A stretch of DNA of 64,000 nucleotides from Alphaproteobacteria bacterium. Its GTDB lineage: Bacteria > Pseudomonadota > Alphaproteobacteria > Rs-D84. The DNA is taken from NCBI GenBank assembly GCA_017534945.1, contig JAFXVB010000013.1:10640-74639 (forward strand). Reading direction: 5' to 3'. Positions 18,380 to 28,289 of this stretch are shown one piece after another. Below the pieces are notes generated by a model. The model saw only the letters and a list, made by a program, of their open reading frames with translations. It searched no databases and had not been told where the DNA came from. Position 1 is the stretch's first letter, and every line of letters begins with the position of its first letter. A program made the position numbers and the translations under genes.

Positions 18380-20089
18380 ATGATTTCATTGGAAGTTTTA
18401 CTGTTTTTTGCCATAACATGTGGTTTGGTGTTTTTGTTTCGTTCTGCAAAAATTGGTGCATTGGTGGCATTTTTATTTACAGGGATTTTATCTGGGCCGT
18501 ATATGTTAAATTTATTTGAACTGACCGGCACATGGCAAATCTTGGGTGATTTGGGTATTTTGTTTTTATGGTTTACAATTGGGTTGGAAATAAGTTTTTC
18601 ACGACTGTGGGCGATGCGCAACACAATCTTTGGATTTGGTGCGTCCCAGGTTTTATTGGTTGCGGTTATGTTGTTTCCATTTTTATTTGAATTTACTGGT
18701 TGGACGGTTATGGGCGCAATCATGGTTGCGTTATTGCTTGCTATGTCTTCGACTTCGGAAGATTTGCAATTGTTGGGTGATCGTAATCAGTTAAATTCAA
18801 ATGTTGGTCGTCAAATATTTTCTGTATTATTGTTCCAAGATTTATTGTCAATTCCATTACTTGCGATGTTGCCGGTGTTATCGGGTAAATCATTTAATTT
18901 GGGCGCGACATTGATTGATGTTTTGGTGTTGTCATTACTATTGATATTTGGTGTTTTGATTGTTTCGCGTTGCATAATGAATCCATTGATGAAACAGGTG
19001 GCAAAATTAAAATCCAAAGAATTAATGTTATTGGTAATTATGTTGAATATTATATTCTGGGCGGTGGTATTGGATTGGTGCGGATTGCCATCTGGACTTG
19101 GTGGATTCCTTTGCGGTATGTTGATGAGTGAAACAATATATCGTCATCAAATCACCGCAGAAATAAGTCCATATACAACATTATTCCTTGCGATATTCTT
19201 TATTGTATTGGGTATGGGATTAAATTTAGATTTACTATATGCAAAATGGTATTTGGTTTTGGGTGGTCTGGCGGCATTGATGGTTATAAAATTCTTTGCA
19301 ATATTTATGACCGCGCGCGTACGGCGAAATCCTGCCCCGGAATCCACATTTATTTCATTGTTGCTGGCCCAAGGTGGCGAATTTGGTTTGTTGATGTTGC
19401 AAATGATGCGCAACAATGGCATTACAACAATTCCCGCAGACGACCAAGAAATTTTAATTGCGATTATTGTATTGTCGATTATGACAACACCTTTGCTTTT
19501 GGCTTTGTATGATAAATTGCGTCGTGCCGGCAAAATTATGCAGGTTAACGCCAAAAATTTAACGGTCAAACGTACCGGTGTTCAACCGACTGTGATAATA
19601 TGTGGTTTTGGTCGTGTTGGTCAAATTATTGCAAAGTTGTTGCGTGAACAAAATATTCCATACATTGCAATTGGCATGAATGTAAATGCAATTATGGAAG
19701 GTCGCGAAAATGGATTCAATGCGGTATATGGCGATGTTGCAAACATGTCTGTTTTGCGTGAGTTTGGTTTGAATCCGCGCACAACCCGCGCCGTTGTTTT
19801 GGCATTGGATAACTTTGAAACCGCGCACAAAACAATATTATCAATTCATACAATTGCACCACGTGTCAAAATATTTGCGCGCGCCCGCAATTTAACGGAT
19901 TCCAAGGCATTACTGCGTTCTGGGGTGTTTCAAGCGTTCCCAGAAACAATTGAATCATCTTTCTTTCTGGGGTTTGGATTGCTGGAATTCCTTGGGGTCA
20001 ATGATGACAAGATAGAAAGTTTATTGACCGACCTGCGCATGAATAATTATGAAAAGTTAGATAATGATATAACGCTTGGCGAAAAATAA
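18380..20089 (+). CDS. CPA2-family monovalent cation:proton antiporter with C-terminal TrkA-N (KefB/KefC-like)
   Basis: About 12 TM segments followed by a Rossmann GFGRVGQ motif. Confidence 0.85.
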   Translation: MISLEVLLFFAITCGLVFLFRSAKIGALVAFLFTGILSGPYMLNLFELTGTWQILGDLGILFLWFTIGLEISFSRLWAMRNTIFGFGASQVLLVAVMLFPFLFEFTGWTVMGAIMVALLLAMSSTSEDLQLLGDRNQLNSNVGRQIFSVLLFQDLLSIPLLAMLPVLSGKSFNLGATLIDVLVLSLLLIFGVLIVSRCIMNPLMKQVAKLKSKELMLLVIMLNIIFWAVVLDWCGLPSGLGGFLCGMLMSETIYRHQITAEISPYTTLFLAIFFIVLGMGLNLDLLYAKWYLVLGGLAALMVIKFFAIFMTARVRRNPAPESTFISLLLAQGGEFGLLMLQMMRNNGITTIPADDQEILIAIIVLSIMTTPLLLALYDKLRRAGKIMQVNAKNLTVKRTGVQPTVIICGFGRVGQIIAKLLREQNIPYIAIGMNVNAIMEGRENGFNAVYGDVANMSVLREFGLNPRTTRAVVLALDNFETAHKTILSIHTIAPRVKIFARARNLTDSKALLRSGVFQAFPETIESSFFLGFGLLEFLGVNDDKIESLLTDLRMNNYEKLDNDITLGEK

Positions 20090-20115
20090 AATTTCAGTTT
20101 TCAAAGAGGAGAGAG

Positions 20116-20142
20116 AAACCATCCAACTTTGGGTGGTTTTTT
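20116..20142 (+). terminator. rho-independent terminator after the antiporter gene
   Basis: AAACCATCCA-ACTT-TGGGTGGTTT stem (one G-U pair) followed by a T run. Confidence 0.65.
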
Positions 20143-20201
20143 ATTTGCTTTTGATATATATTGTTGCTATATTTTGCGAAAGAGAAAAAGGACCTGGGTT
20201 T

Positions 20202-20708
20202 ATGAAAACTTTTTTAAAATATTTATTCTTGGTCTTAGGCGTTGTGTTATTTGACCAAATTACAAAATCTATATTATTGTATTTAATTACTGGGGGGGTG
20301 CCTGTTGCGGGTAATGCATGGTCGATTGTTGGGTATCCATACATAATGTCGCATGTCACCGATTGGTTTAATATTGTATTCACATGGAATCCTGGGGCAT
20401 CATTTTCAATGTTGCGTACCTTGGGCGAAGGCGCCCCTTGGATTATTGTTGGTGCGACCGCGGTAATTATCATAATGTTGTTTTGGTATATGTTGCGTCG
20501 TGCGAATACGGTGGAACGGTTGCCTTTGGCGTTTATTATTGGTGGCGCATTGGGTAATTTAATTGACAGGATTCGTTTTGGCGCGGTGATTGATTTCTTG
20601 GATTTACATGTTGGCGGGCTTCATTGGCCGGCGTTTAATGTTGCTGATATGTTTATTGTAATTGGTGTTGCTTTGTATATAATCAATGTTGTATTTCGCA
20701 GAAAGTAA
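20202..20708 (+). CDS. lspA: lipoprotein signal peptidase II
   Basis: NPGASFS and FNVADMFI motifs and four TM segments. I use the ATG at 20202 (MKTFLKY...). The upstream part of the ORF-track ORF overlaps the terminator. Confidence 0.9.
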   Translation: MKTFLKYLFLVLGVVLFDQITKSILLYLITGGVPVAGNAWSIVGYPYIMSHVTDWFNIVFTWNPGASFSMLRTLGEGAPWIIVGATAVIIIMLFWYMLRRANTVERLPLAFIIGGALGNLIDRIRFGAVIDFLDLHVGGLHWPAFNVADMFIVIGVALYIINVVFRRK

Positions 20709-20721
20709 AAAGGTAAAAGCT

Positions 20722-22299
20722 ATGGTTCAATATTTAAATAATAATGCAAATTCTGGATTTAATGCGTGGATGGCGGCCCAACAAAATGCTGGCGCACCGC
20801 GCAAAACAAAGTTTGGAACTTTTCTATGGTGGACATTTTTGTTTCTTGTTGCGTGGTGGATTGTTGGTTTATTTATGTCGCCACAGCAACCACAAAATAA
20901 GGCACCAATGGAATCGACGGTATCTGTTGATATATCAAAAGTACCTATGAATAAAATTGATTCAAAAGACATTTCTTTTAATGTCACTGGTTTGCGTATT
21001 TCAAAAATCGATTTGAAAAATTTTGCAAAGTCGGCAAAAGATGAAGGCCCCGTCACACTTATTGATGGTGATGAATTTATAGAGGTTGGATTGACACCAT
21101 CTGGGACGACCGCACCGACGGCAACAACTGTATGGAAAAAATCCGGCGACAAAATGACATGGCGCAATAATGATGGTTTGGAATTTTCGCGTGATGTCAC
21201 AATTGATGGATATTTAATAAAAATTACCGATACAATTAAAAATAATTCTAAACGGGATTTTTCTTTTGCGCCATATGCACGCATTTTACGCGGTGCCGAT
21301 AAAAACAGTTCTGCGGGTGTGTACACAGGTTCGGTTGTTTATGTCAATAATGATTTAGAACATAATGATTGGAACAAAATGGATAAAAAATCGTATGCAT
21401 ATTCTACTACAAATGGTTTTGTTGGTTTTGCAAATCAATATTGGGAAACGGTTGCACATGTTGATTCGCCCGATCAAACCATGCGTATAAAAAAGCAGGG
21501 CGATTTATACGAAGCCGCGACAAATGTTGCACCAATCACTGTTGCGGGGGGTAAAACACAAACAATTACAACAAATGTTTTTGCCGGCCCGCGTGATGCA
21601 GATGTTTTGCGTGATGCAAATACAACAATAAATGGCATTATTGAAACAGTTGATTATGGTTGGTTTTGGTTTTTGGCGCGGCCTATGTTATGGTGCATAA
21701 ACACAATCCATAAATTTGTTATGAATTATGGTTTGGCGATAATAATCTTTACGATTTTAATTCGTATGTTGATGTGGCCATTGACCCGTAAATCATATAC
21801 TTCGATGTTGGCGATGCAAAAAATGCAACCAGAATTGCAAAAAATTCAAAAACTTTATGCAAATGATAAACAACGTATGCAAATGGAAATGATGCGCGTA
21901 TATCAAACACATAAAACATCACCGATGTCGGGGTGTTTGCCAATGTTGATTCAAATCCCGATTTTCTTTGCATTGTATAAAGCGTTATTGATTTCTGTGC
22001 AAATGCGTAACGCGCACTTTTTATGGATTAATGATTTGGCAACAATGGACCCATATTTTATATTACCGATTTTGATGGGTGCGACAATGTGGTTGCAACA
22101 ATATTTACAATCTGGAAATACAAATAAACATGCAGATAAAAATGATATTGCTGCGCAAACGGCCAAGACTATGAAATGGATGCCAATTTTATTCACGATA
22201 ATGTTTGCATGGATGCCGGCTGGATTGGTATTGTATTGGACTGTGTCTAATATATTTGGTATCGGTCAAATGATGTGGTTAAAACATAAATCAAAATAA
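20722..22299 (+). CDS. yidC: membrane protein insertase YidC
   Basis: N-terminal TM, a large periplasmic domain and the conserved C-terminal core (PMLIQIPIFFALY, WMPAGLVLYW). Start at 20722 with an AAAGG SD. Confidence 0.95.
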   Translation: MVQYLNNNANSGFNAWMAAQQNAGAPRKTKFGTFLWWTFLFLVAWWIVGLFMSPQQPQNKAPMESTVSVDISKVPMNKIDSKDISFNVTGLRISKIDLKNFAKSAKDEGPVTLIDGDEFIEVGLTPSGTTAPTATTVWKKSGDKMTWRNNDGLEFSRDVTIDGYLIKITDTIKNNSKRDFSFAPYARILRGADKNSSAGVYTGSVVYVNNDLEHNDWNKMDKKSYAYSTTNGFVGFANQYWETVAHVDSPDQTMRIKKQGDLYEAATNVAPITVAGGKTQTITTNVFAGPRDADVLRDANTTINGIIETVDYGWFWFLARPMLWCINTIHKFVMNYGLAIIIFTILIRMLMWPLTRKSYTSMLAMQKMQPELQKIQKLYANDKQRMQMEMMRVYQTHKTSPMSGCLPMLIQIPIFFALYKALLISVQMRNAHFLWINDLATMDPYFILPILMGATMWLQQYLQSGNTNKHADKNDIAAQTAKTMKWMPILFTIMFAWMPAGLVLYWTVSNIFGIGQMMWLKHKSK

Positions 22300-22311
22300 A
22301 GGAAATGCATA

Positions 22312-23358
22312 ATGTTGAAAATAATTGAAATTTTATTCGGGCCACGTGGCACCAAAACAACTGCGGGTGAATTGGCGGATAAATTTGGATTGGAATTGCG
22401 TGGCGATCGTGCGGCAATTGTGCGTGGTGTCGCCCCAATTGCAGATGCCAAGGCCGGCCAACTGGCATTTTATTCCACCGAACAAAACAGCAGTGCATTT
22501 AAAATCTTGCCAATTGATGTATTGAAAAATACAAAGGCAACGGTTATTTTATTACAACCGGCACAAATAAAAGATGCGCCGGCGGGCGCGACACTTTTGG
22601 TGACGGATTCCCCCCGCGGAAATATCGTAAAAATTTTGGGTGAAATTTATAAAGAAAAAGCGCGTTTTGGCATTGATGTTGATTCACATGTTGAACGCGG
22701 TGTGTTTTTTCGTTCGCGCAAAACAAACTATGTTGGGCAATATGCAACAATTGAACGTGGCGCGGTAATTGAACCAGATGTGAAAATTTATCCTGGGGCA
22801 TATATCGGTCGCAATGTGACATTGGGGCGCGGGACGGTGGTATATGGTGGCGCACATATTGAAAATGCGACAATTGGGGCTGAATGTGTGATAAACGCCA
22901 ATGCGGTAATCGGTAAAAACGGTTTTGGATATACGCGTCAAAATGGCCACAATGTATTTATTCCGCATGTTGGACGCGTTGTGTTGGGTGATAGGGTTTC
23001 TGTTGGGGCAAATACTTGTATTGACCGCGGTGCAATGACCGACACGATTGTGGGCGATGGGACAAAAATAGATAACCTGTGCCAAATTGCACATGGTGTT
23101 GTTATCGGCCAAGAATGCTTTTTGGCGGCGGGTACCGGATTGGCGGGCGGCACTGTTGTTGGAAATCGTGTTTTATTAGCAGGCCAGGTTGGTGTGTCAA
23201 ACGGCGTTCATATTGGTGACGATGCCGAAGTTGGCGCAAAAAGCGGTGTATTTAAAAATATCCCCAGTGGAACAAAATCAATGGGGTATCCGGCGGGGGT
23301 CGGTATGGAGTTTTTCCGGCATTATGCATGGCTGCGTAAACACGCAAATAAAGATTAA
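22312..23358 (+). CDS. lpxD: UDP-3-O-acylglucosamine N-acyltransferase
   Basis: LpxD N-terminal domain followed by long left-handed-helix hexapeptide repeats (IG.N..IG...V). Confidence 0.95.
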   Translation: MLKIIEILFGPRGTKTTAGELADKFGLELRGDRAAIVRGVAPIADAKAGQLAFYSTEQNSSAFKILPIDVLKNTKATVILLQPAQIKDAPAGATLLVTDSPRGNIVKILGEIYKEKARFGIDVDSHVERGVFFRSRKTNYVGQYATIERGAVIEPDVKIYPGAYIGRNVTLGRGTVVYGGAHIENATIGAECVINANAVIGKNGFGYTRQNGHNVFIPHVGRVVLGDRVSVGANTCIDRGAMTDTIVGDGTKIDNLCQIAHGVVIGQECFLAAGTGLAGGTVVGNRVLLAGQVGVSNGVHIGDDAEVGAKSGVFKNIPSGTKSMGYPAGVGMEFFRHYAWLRKHANKD

Positions 23359-23388
23359 AAAAACACCGGCATTTACCGGTGTTTTTTT
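23357..23388. terminator. bidirectional terminator (AAAAAACACCGG-CATTTA-CCGGTGTTTTTT)
   Basis: Hairpin with A and T flanks between the lpxD stop (23358) and the stop of the small lipoprotein gene (23390). Confidence 0.75.
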
Positions 23389-23389
23389 A

Positions 23390-23557
23390 TCAAATAAACC
23401 AAGTCCATGGTAATAATAATTGAACTTCATTTTGACTGTCATATACCGGGTCGCCGGTTTGTTCTGTTTCTGGGTTTGTGGCGGTTGATTTGATGTTTGA
23501 AATAGTATTGCAACCCGACAAGAAAAATAAAACACCCAAAAATGCTATAATTTTCAT
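23390..23557 (-). CDS. small lipoprotein (55 aa), not in ORF track
   Basis: My translation is MKIIAFLGVLFFLSGCNTISNIKSTATNPETEQTGDPVYDSQNEVQLLLPWTWFI*. It has a signal peptide and an FLSGC lipobox. Confidence 0.5.
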   Translation of the reverse strand: MKIIAFLGVLFFLSGCNTISNIKSTATNPETEQTGDPVYDSQNEVQLLLPWTWFI

Positions 23558-23659
23558 AACAAGTCCTTGATGCCTTTAATTATACCATTTTTTCAATTGT
23601 TTTTCAAATTGAATACGCATACCGAACCGGTGTTTTTGATTATAAAAACACCGGGATTT

Positions 23660-25570
23660 TTATTTTGCTTTAAATTTCAAAATACGAATTCCAAATAACC
23701 GGATTTTTACATGTTTATCGGTTGATACATGCCTATCATAAATTGGAAAACCAAATAATTTAACAGTTAAATGTTTGTAATATACCCTAAATCCATTTTG
23801 TTTAGGTTTGCATTGAATAACATTGCGACCGATACAAGATTTTATTTCATTATAAATTTTATCGTATTTTTCACCATAACTTTTGCCGGCGGTAATATGT
23901 TCCAATACCTTTGTCAAAGAATATGCGTCATCCCATTGAAATTCTTTTTTACGAAATTCAGGCGTTCCCAATCCGCACAACAATCCAGGATTACGCAATA
24001 AAAATTCCAATTCTTTATATTTTGAACTATCTACGGCCAATTGGAAATCAATCAATTTCAAATGACCATTTGTCCATATTAGATTGTTTAATGTAATATC
24101 ACGATGCACAACATGCGATTTATCCAGGCATTTAAATATTGCATATATATCATCTATACAAACTTTCTTTTCCTTTGCCGACAATTTGTTTGAATTCAAT
24201 AAATCATACAAATTGTCACCGTCCGTCCATTTATATGCGACAAAATGACCATCGGCACAATCGCGCCAATACATTGGACGGATAAAATGTACATTATCCA
24301 TATCGTACAAGATTTTACCCATACGGTATTCATTGGCATATATACCGTAAATATCCCCGATTTTGATAAACATGCGGTTTTTATTCGCATCATACCCAGA
24401 TACAAACATATTATACGCCCGACTTATACTATTTGTATAAACGGTATGAATATCAGTAAAATCAAAGTTAGATTCTAAATATTTTTTATATTTATCAAAA
24501 TTACAAAGGTTGTTTGAAAAATACACAGACATATCATGTGGTCGTGTAAAATCATACCCATTGGTTTTCATAAAATCTAATAACAATTGGAAATATAAAT
24601 CAAAAGGCGATGTATATTTTTTGATATTATATTTTTTATGCAATCCTAATTTTACAAACAAAGCATAAATTTTATCATAATAATCAGATGCTATAATTTG
24701 TTTATTTATTAAACAATGATATATCAGCATATAAAAATAATTTTCTGTACTTGGGACACGAATAATACTGTCATAATATTCTGTAGTATTAAATATATTA
24801 TAATCCCATTTTTTATCATGATAATTATTATTTATATTCCATAAATCAATATAAACCAGTTTATCGCCCACAGATATCAAATAATGTGGACGATGTTCAG
24901 GAAAGTGCTTTTCGCCACCAATAATCCATCGCGCTGCATCATAATCTTTGACCATGATATCAACATCACCGTGTTCATGGCTGTTAAGAGTTTGTTTTAA
25001 ATCTTCAAAACCACGCAACACAACATAATCTGTTGTTGCATTTAAAGTATAAAATAATTCGTGTAAATCCGTCCAACCATGTGCACCGGTTATATCACGA
25101 TGAATAGTTTTGATTTTCCCATCCCATTTTTTCGGCAAAGATTTTTTCAAATCTTCATAATTTAATCCTAACAATAATGTAGAATCATGATTTGTTTCAG
25201 CCACAGAATTTGTTGTATGAACTTTATGACCGCCGCGTGTCCATTGACGATATTTTTGTTTTAATGAAAATATATTTATATTCACATATTCATGTCCACG
25301 TAATGTTTCTGTCATTTCGTATTTTGGATTATTATCACGCACAACCAACAATAAAAATCCGCTGGTTCCACATTCTTGTTCTTTACCAGAATTTTTAGGC
25401 AAATTTACACCGTAAAAACGAGTAAAATTATCGGCCACACAATCGCAAGACCAATGAACATCATACGCCGCCATTATATCAACATGTGTTTTAATATCAG
25501 CGACGATTTCATCTTGGGCGTATCTGGCATTTGCCCAAAGAACAACAAGGTGGATTTCTGTGTTTTTCAT
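23660..25570 (-). CDS. multidomain protein: unknown N-terminal domain, nucleotidyltransferase-like segment, protein-kinase-like/phosphotransferase C-terminal domain (636 aa)
   Basis: VLRGFEDL-x12-GDVDIMV fits the G-x(9-13)-DxD nucleotidyltransferase pattern. HVVHRDITLNNLIW...LKLIDFQLA fits the HRD catalytic loop plus a DFG-like motif. The C-terminal tail has repeated LFG(F/I). The gene is visibly more AT-rich than its neighbours. Confidence 0.7.
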   Translation of the reverse strand: MKNTEIHLVVLWANARYAQDEIVADIKTHVDIMAAYDVHWSCDCVADNFTRFYGVNLPKNSGKEQECGTSGFLLLVVRDNNPKYEMTETLRGHEYVNINIFSLKQKYRQWTRGGHKVHTTNSVAETNHDSTLLLGLNYEDLKKSLPKKWDGKIKTIHRDITGAHGWTDLHELFYTLNATTDYVVLRGFEDLKQTLNSHEHGDVDIMVKDYDAARWIIGGEKHFPEHRPHYLISVGDKLVYIDLWNINNNYHDKKWDYNIFNTTEYYDSIIRVPSTENYFYMLIYHCLINKQIIASDYYDKIYALFVKLGLHKKYNIKKYTSPFDLYFQLLLDFMKTNGYDFTRPHDMSVYFSNNLCNFDKYKKYLESNFDFTDIHTVYTNSISRAYNMFVSGYDANKNRMFIKIGDIYGIYANEYRMGKILYDMDNVHFIRPMYWRDCADGHFVAYKWTDGDNLYDLLNSNKLSAKEKKVCIDDIYAIFKCLDKSHVVHRDITLNNLIWTNGHLKLIDFQLAVDSSKYKELEFLLRNPGLLCGLGTPEFRKKEFQWDDAYSLTKVLEHITAGKSYGEKYDKIYNEIKSCIGRNVIQCKPKQNGFRVYYKHLTVKLFGFPIYDRHVSTDKHVKIRLFGIRILKFKAK

Positions 25571-25626
25571 TTTCTTCCTATGTGTTTTGCATTAAACGTG
25601 TTTTACCCCCCATGGGTGGTGTTTTA

Positions 25627-26646
25627 TTAAAAATTGACCTTGAACGCAGTGGATAAAAACGGTGTTTCGGTTGTAAGACCAATCGATGTCCACAATTCTA
25701 AATTTTCACTGTATTTATATCGTGCAGAGTCAATAACAGTATGGTCATGATATTTTTCCATATCATTATGCCATATACCTGTGTGGGAATACATATATGA
25801 AACCGATACAGAATAATTCAAAATATCATAACTTAATCCTGTGCCGGCTGAAATTCCGTCGCCCGCGGTGCCAATTGGGTTTTTATCATATATCGCCAAT
25901 ACAGATGTTCCCCAAATCCAACTGTTATATTGTAAATTATAACCAACCGATCCTTGGGCACGCCAATCCGCATTTATATCAGGCGCATACGACACAGAAC
26001 TGTAATTATGTGGTTTGTCCATAAATGATGCGCCCAATGATACCGCAGATTTTAATTTTCCATTTGGAAATCTAAATTTCACGCCGCCGTCCACCGCATA
26101 ATCATATTCATCGCCAAACGCCGCAACCGATAACCCATATTGTCCCACGTTTGTTGGCATTGTCACCAAATTCACACGTGGTGCATCATGCCCGGTCGTC
26201 ACAGTTGTGTCCGGTATAATATTACCATGTGGCAAAATCTTTTTATAAAACAAAGGTTTGTGATTTACGCGTAATCCACCAACATCTGGAATACCAACAC
26301 CCAATTTATTTGCCACAGACGAAGTATATCCAACCTCTAACCGACCAAAATCACGTGATTCCCAAAGTGCAAATGCATCGTGTGCAAAATCGTGGTCGTC
26401 CAATGCGGTTTCGTCCCACTCGTACACCAAACCCAATGTTTGACCGCGTGCAATTGCATAGTTATACTGTCCGCGCAATTCAAAATCGCCCAAGAAAAGT
26501 GTTTTTTTGAATTTTGGTTCAAATATACCGGCAGCGCCCGATGCATTAAATTTGAACGCACTGCGTCCGCTATTAAATTGCAAAGCATTTGCATTTCCAA
26601 CTGTACCGATAACAAATGCCGCGACGGCCATTGTGATTTTTTTCAT
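25627..26646 (-). CDS. porin-like outer-membrane beta-barrel protein
   Basis: Signal peptide (VGNANA-LQ), alternating hydrophobic pattern throughout, and a C-terminal ...AFKVNF with terminal Phe. Confidence 0.65.
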   Translation of the reverse strand: MKKITMAVAAFVIGTVGNANALQFNSGRSAFKFNASGAAGIFEPKFKKTLFLGDFELRGQYNYAIARGQTLGLVYEWDETALDDHDFAHDAFALWESRDFGRLEVGYTSSVANKLGVGIPDVGGLRVNHKPLFYKKILPHGNIIPDTTVTTGHDAPRVNLVTMPTNVGQYGLSVAAFGDEYDYAVDGGVKFRFPNGKLKSAVSLGASFMDKPHNYSSVSYAPDINADWRAQGSVGYNLQYNSWIWGTSVLAIYDKNPIGTAGDGISAGTGLSYDILNYSVSVSYMYSHTGIWHNDMEKYHDHTVIDSARYKYSENLELWTSIGLTTETPFLSTAFKVNF

Positions 26647-27561
26647 TTATTTTTCCCCCCCGGCATCTGCCAAAATAGCATCACGTAGTTTGGCGTATGC
26701 GCGTTCTTCAATTTGTCGCACGCGTTCACGCGAAATGGAATATTTTTGTGATAATGATTCCAAGGTTGCAACCGGGTCAGTAAGCCGGCGCGCCACCAAA
26801 ATTTCGCGGTCGCGTTCAGGTAAATTTGCCAAATGTTTCCGCAATAATTCATATCCCTTTTTCTTGAACTCTAATTGTTCAATACTGTCTTCGATACCGA
26901 CTTTATCATCGCTTAAATTTGCCAAGATTTCATGTGCGTCTGGATCATTATGTGCCGGCGCATTTAACGATACATCACGCGCACCAATACGGGTTGACAT
27001 ACGTGAAACATCACCTTCGCTGACATTTAAAAAATCTGCAATTTGTTTGGTTTGTTCATTGTTTAAATTATTATCCATAATCCCCAATGCACGTTTTGCC
27101 CGCGCCAAGTTAAAGAACACGCGCTTTTGATTTGCCGAAGTCCCAATTTTTACAATCGACCAATTATTTAAAATCGTTTCATACATTTCCGCTTTTATCC
27201 AAAACATAGCGTATGTAGAAAACCGAAAACCGCGTTCTGGGTCAAATTTTTGCAATGCCTGCATCAAACCCATATTGCCCGAAGCGATAAGTTCCGCAAC
27301 CGGCACGCCATAGTTTTTGAAATCATACGCCACCGACACGACCAAACGCAGATGACTTGCCACCAATTTTTCAGCCGCCACCGAATCATGTTGTTTTGTC
27401 CATTGTGTTGCATATTCATATTCTTGTTCTGCGGAAAGAATAGGGTATTTTTGAATACTTTGAATATATTGCGCCAAACCGGCTTCATCACTGACACCGC
27501 GGGCGGCGACGATGCTGGTATTTTGTGTTGCCGGCAAAGTATTCTTGATTTGCTTTTTCAT
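26647..27561 (-). CDS. rpoH: RNA polymerase sigma-32 factor
   Basis: Sigma-70 regions 2-4 and an RpoH-box-like NQKRVFFNLARAKRAL. Confidence 0.95.
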   Translation of the reverse strand: MKKQIKNTLPATQNTSIVAARGVSDEAGLAQYIQSIQKYPILSAEQEYEYATQWTKQHDSVAAEKLVASHLRLVVSVAYDFKNYGVPVAELIASGNMGLMQALQKFDPERGFRFSTYAMFWIKAEMYETILNNWSIVKIGTSANQKRVFFNLARAKRALGIMDNNLNNEQTKQIADFLNVSEGDVSRMSTRIGARDVSLNAPAHNDPDAHEILANLSDDKVGIEDSIEQLEFKKKGYELLRKHLANLPERDREILVARRLTDPVATLESLSQKYSISRERVRQIEERAYAKLRDAILADAGGEK

Positions 27562-27620
27562 AACTTTTATAGTATATCATAAATTATGAATTATCAAGCA
27601 ACATATCCAGGAGAAGAAAA

Positions 27621-28286
27621 ATGGCAAATATGTTAAATCGCAAACAAAATCTTAAACCGGCAACTCCAACCAAAAAAACACGTGAAGATTATGCCCAAGA
27701 TGCCCTTTATCGTGAGGTTTGGGAAGATGTGAACAACGAAAAAACAATCGCATTTTTTAAGAAATATTATAAGCAATTGATTGGTGGTGCATTGGCATTA
27801 TTGATTGTTGTTGCGGGGTATCAAATTGGTGTGCGGACATATCGTGCGCATCAAATGGCGATGGCGGTGAATTATGAAACTGCGCTGGAAAACACTGATG
27901 TAAATGCGTTGGCATCAATTGGCGAACGGGGGCGGGGCGCAAACGCAGATTTGGCATTGTTCCAATCGTATGTTTTGGATAAAAACAAGGATATTACAAA
28001 ACTTGAAAAATTGGCAGAACATGGAAATACCCGCGATTTTCGCGATTTGGCGCGTTTGCATGTTGTGGGTGCGCGTGGTGATTCAATGACGGCGGCGGAT
28101 GTGGAAAAATACTTGTCTCCATTGAATACAAAATCATCACCGTTTTATTACACAGCGATGTTGACGATTGCACAAAAATATTTGGCGGCTGGGGACAATG
28201 ATAACGCAAATAAATGGTTGGATAAAATAATGAACGACCCTGATTGTCCTGGTGAAATTTCTGGGACGGCACAAACTTTGAAATAA
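27621..28286 (+). CDS. YfgM-like single-pass membrane protein with TPR-like periplasmic domain
   Basis: Basic N-terminus, one TM (LIGGALALLIVVAGYQIGV) and a helical TPR-like remainder. It lies immediately upstream of a BamB-like gene, as yfgM-bamB does in other Proteobacteria. Confidence 0.6.
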   Translation: MANMLNRKQNLKPATPTKKTREDYAQDALYREVWEDVNNEKTIAFFKKYYKQLIGGALALLIVVAGYQIGVRTYRAHQMAMAVNYETALENTDVNALASIGERGRGANADLALFQSYVLDKNKDITKLEKLAEHGNTRDFRDLARLHVVGARGDSMTAADVEKYLSPLNTKSSPFYYTAMLTIAQKYLAAGDNDNANKWLDKIMNDPDCPGEISGTAQTLK

Positions 28287-28289
28287 AGG

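Noticed and set aside
18357-20125. Shared AGAGGAGAGAG(G/A)AAACCA string upstream of the antiporter gene (18359-) and just after its stop (20105-)
   Set aside because: There are only two copies. The first is simply the SD region and the second merges into the terminator stem. This is too little to call a repeat family.
20727-21326. 199-aa minus-strand ORF
   Set aside because: It is antisense to yidC.
26507-27130. 207-aa plus-strand ORF
   Set aside because: It is antisense to rpoH and the start of the porin gene. It is Ser/Arg-rich with no motifs.
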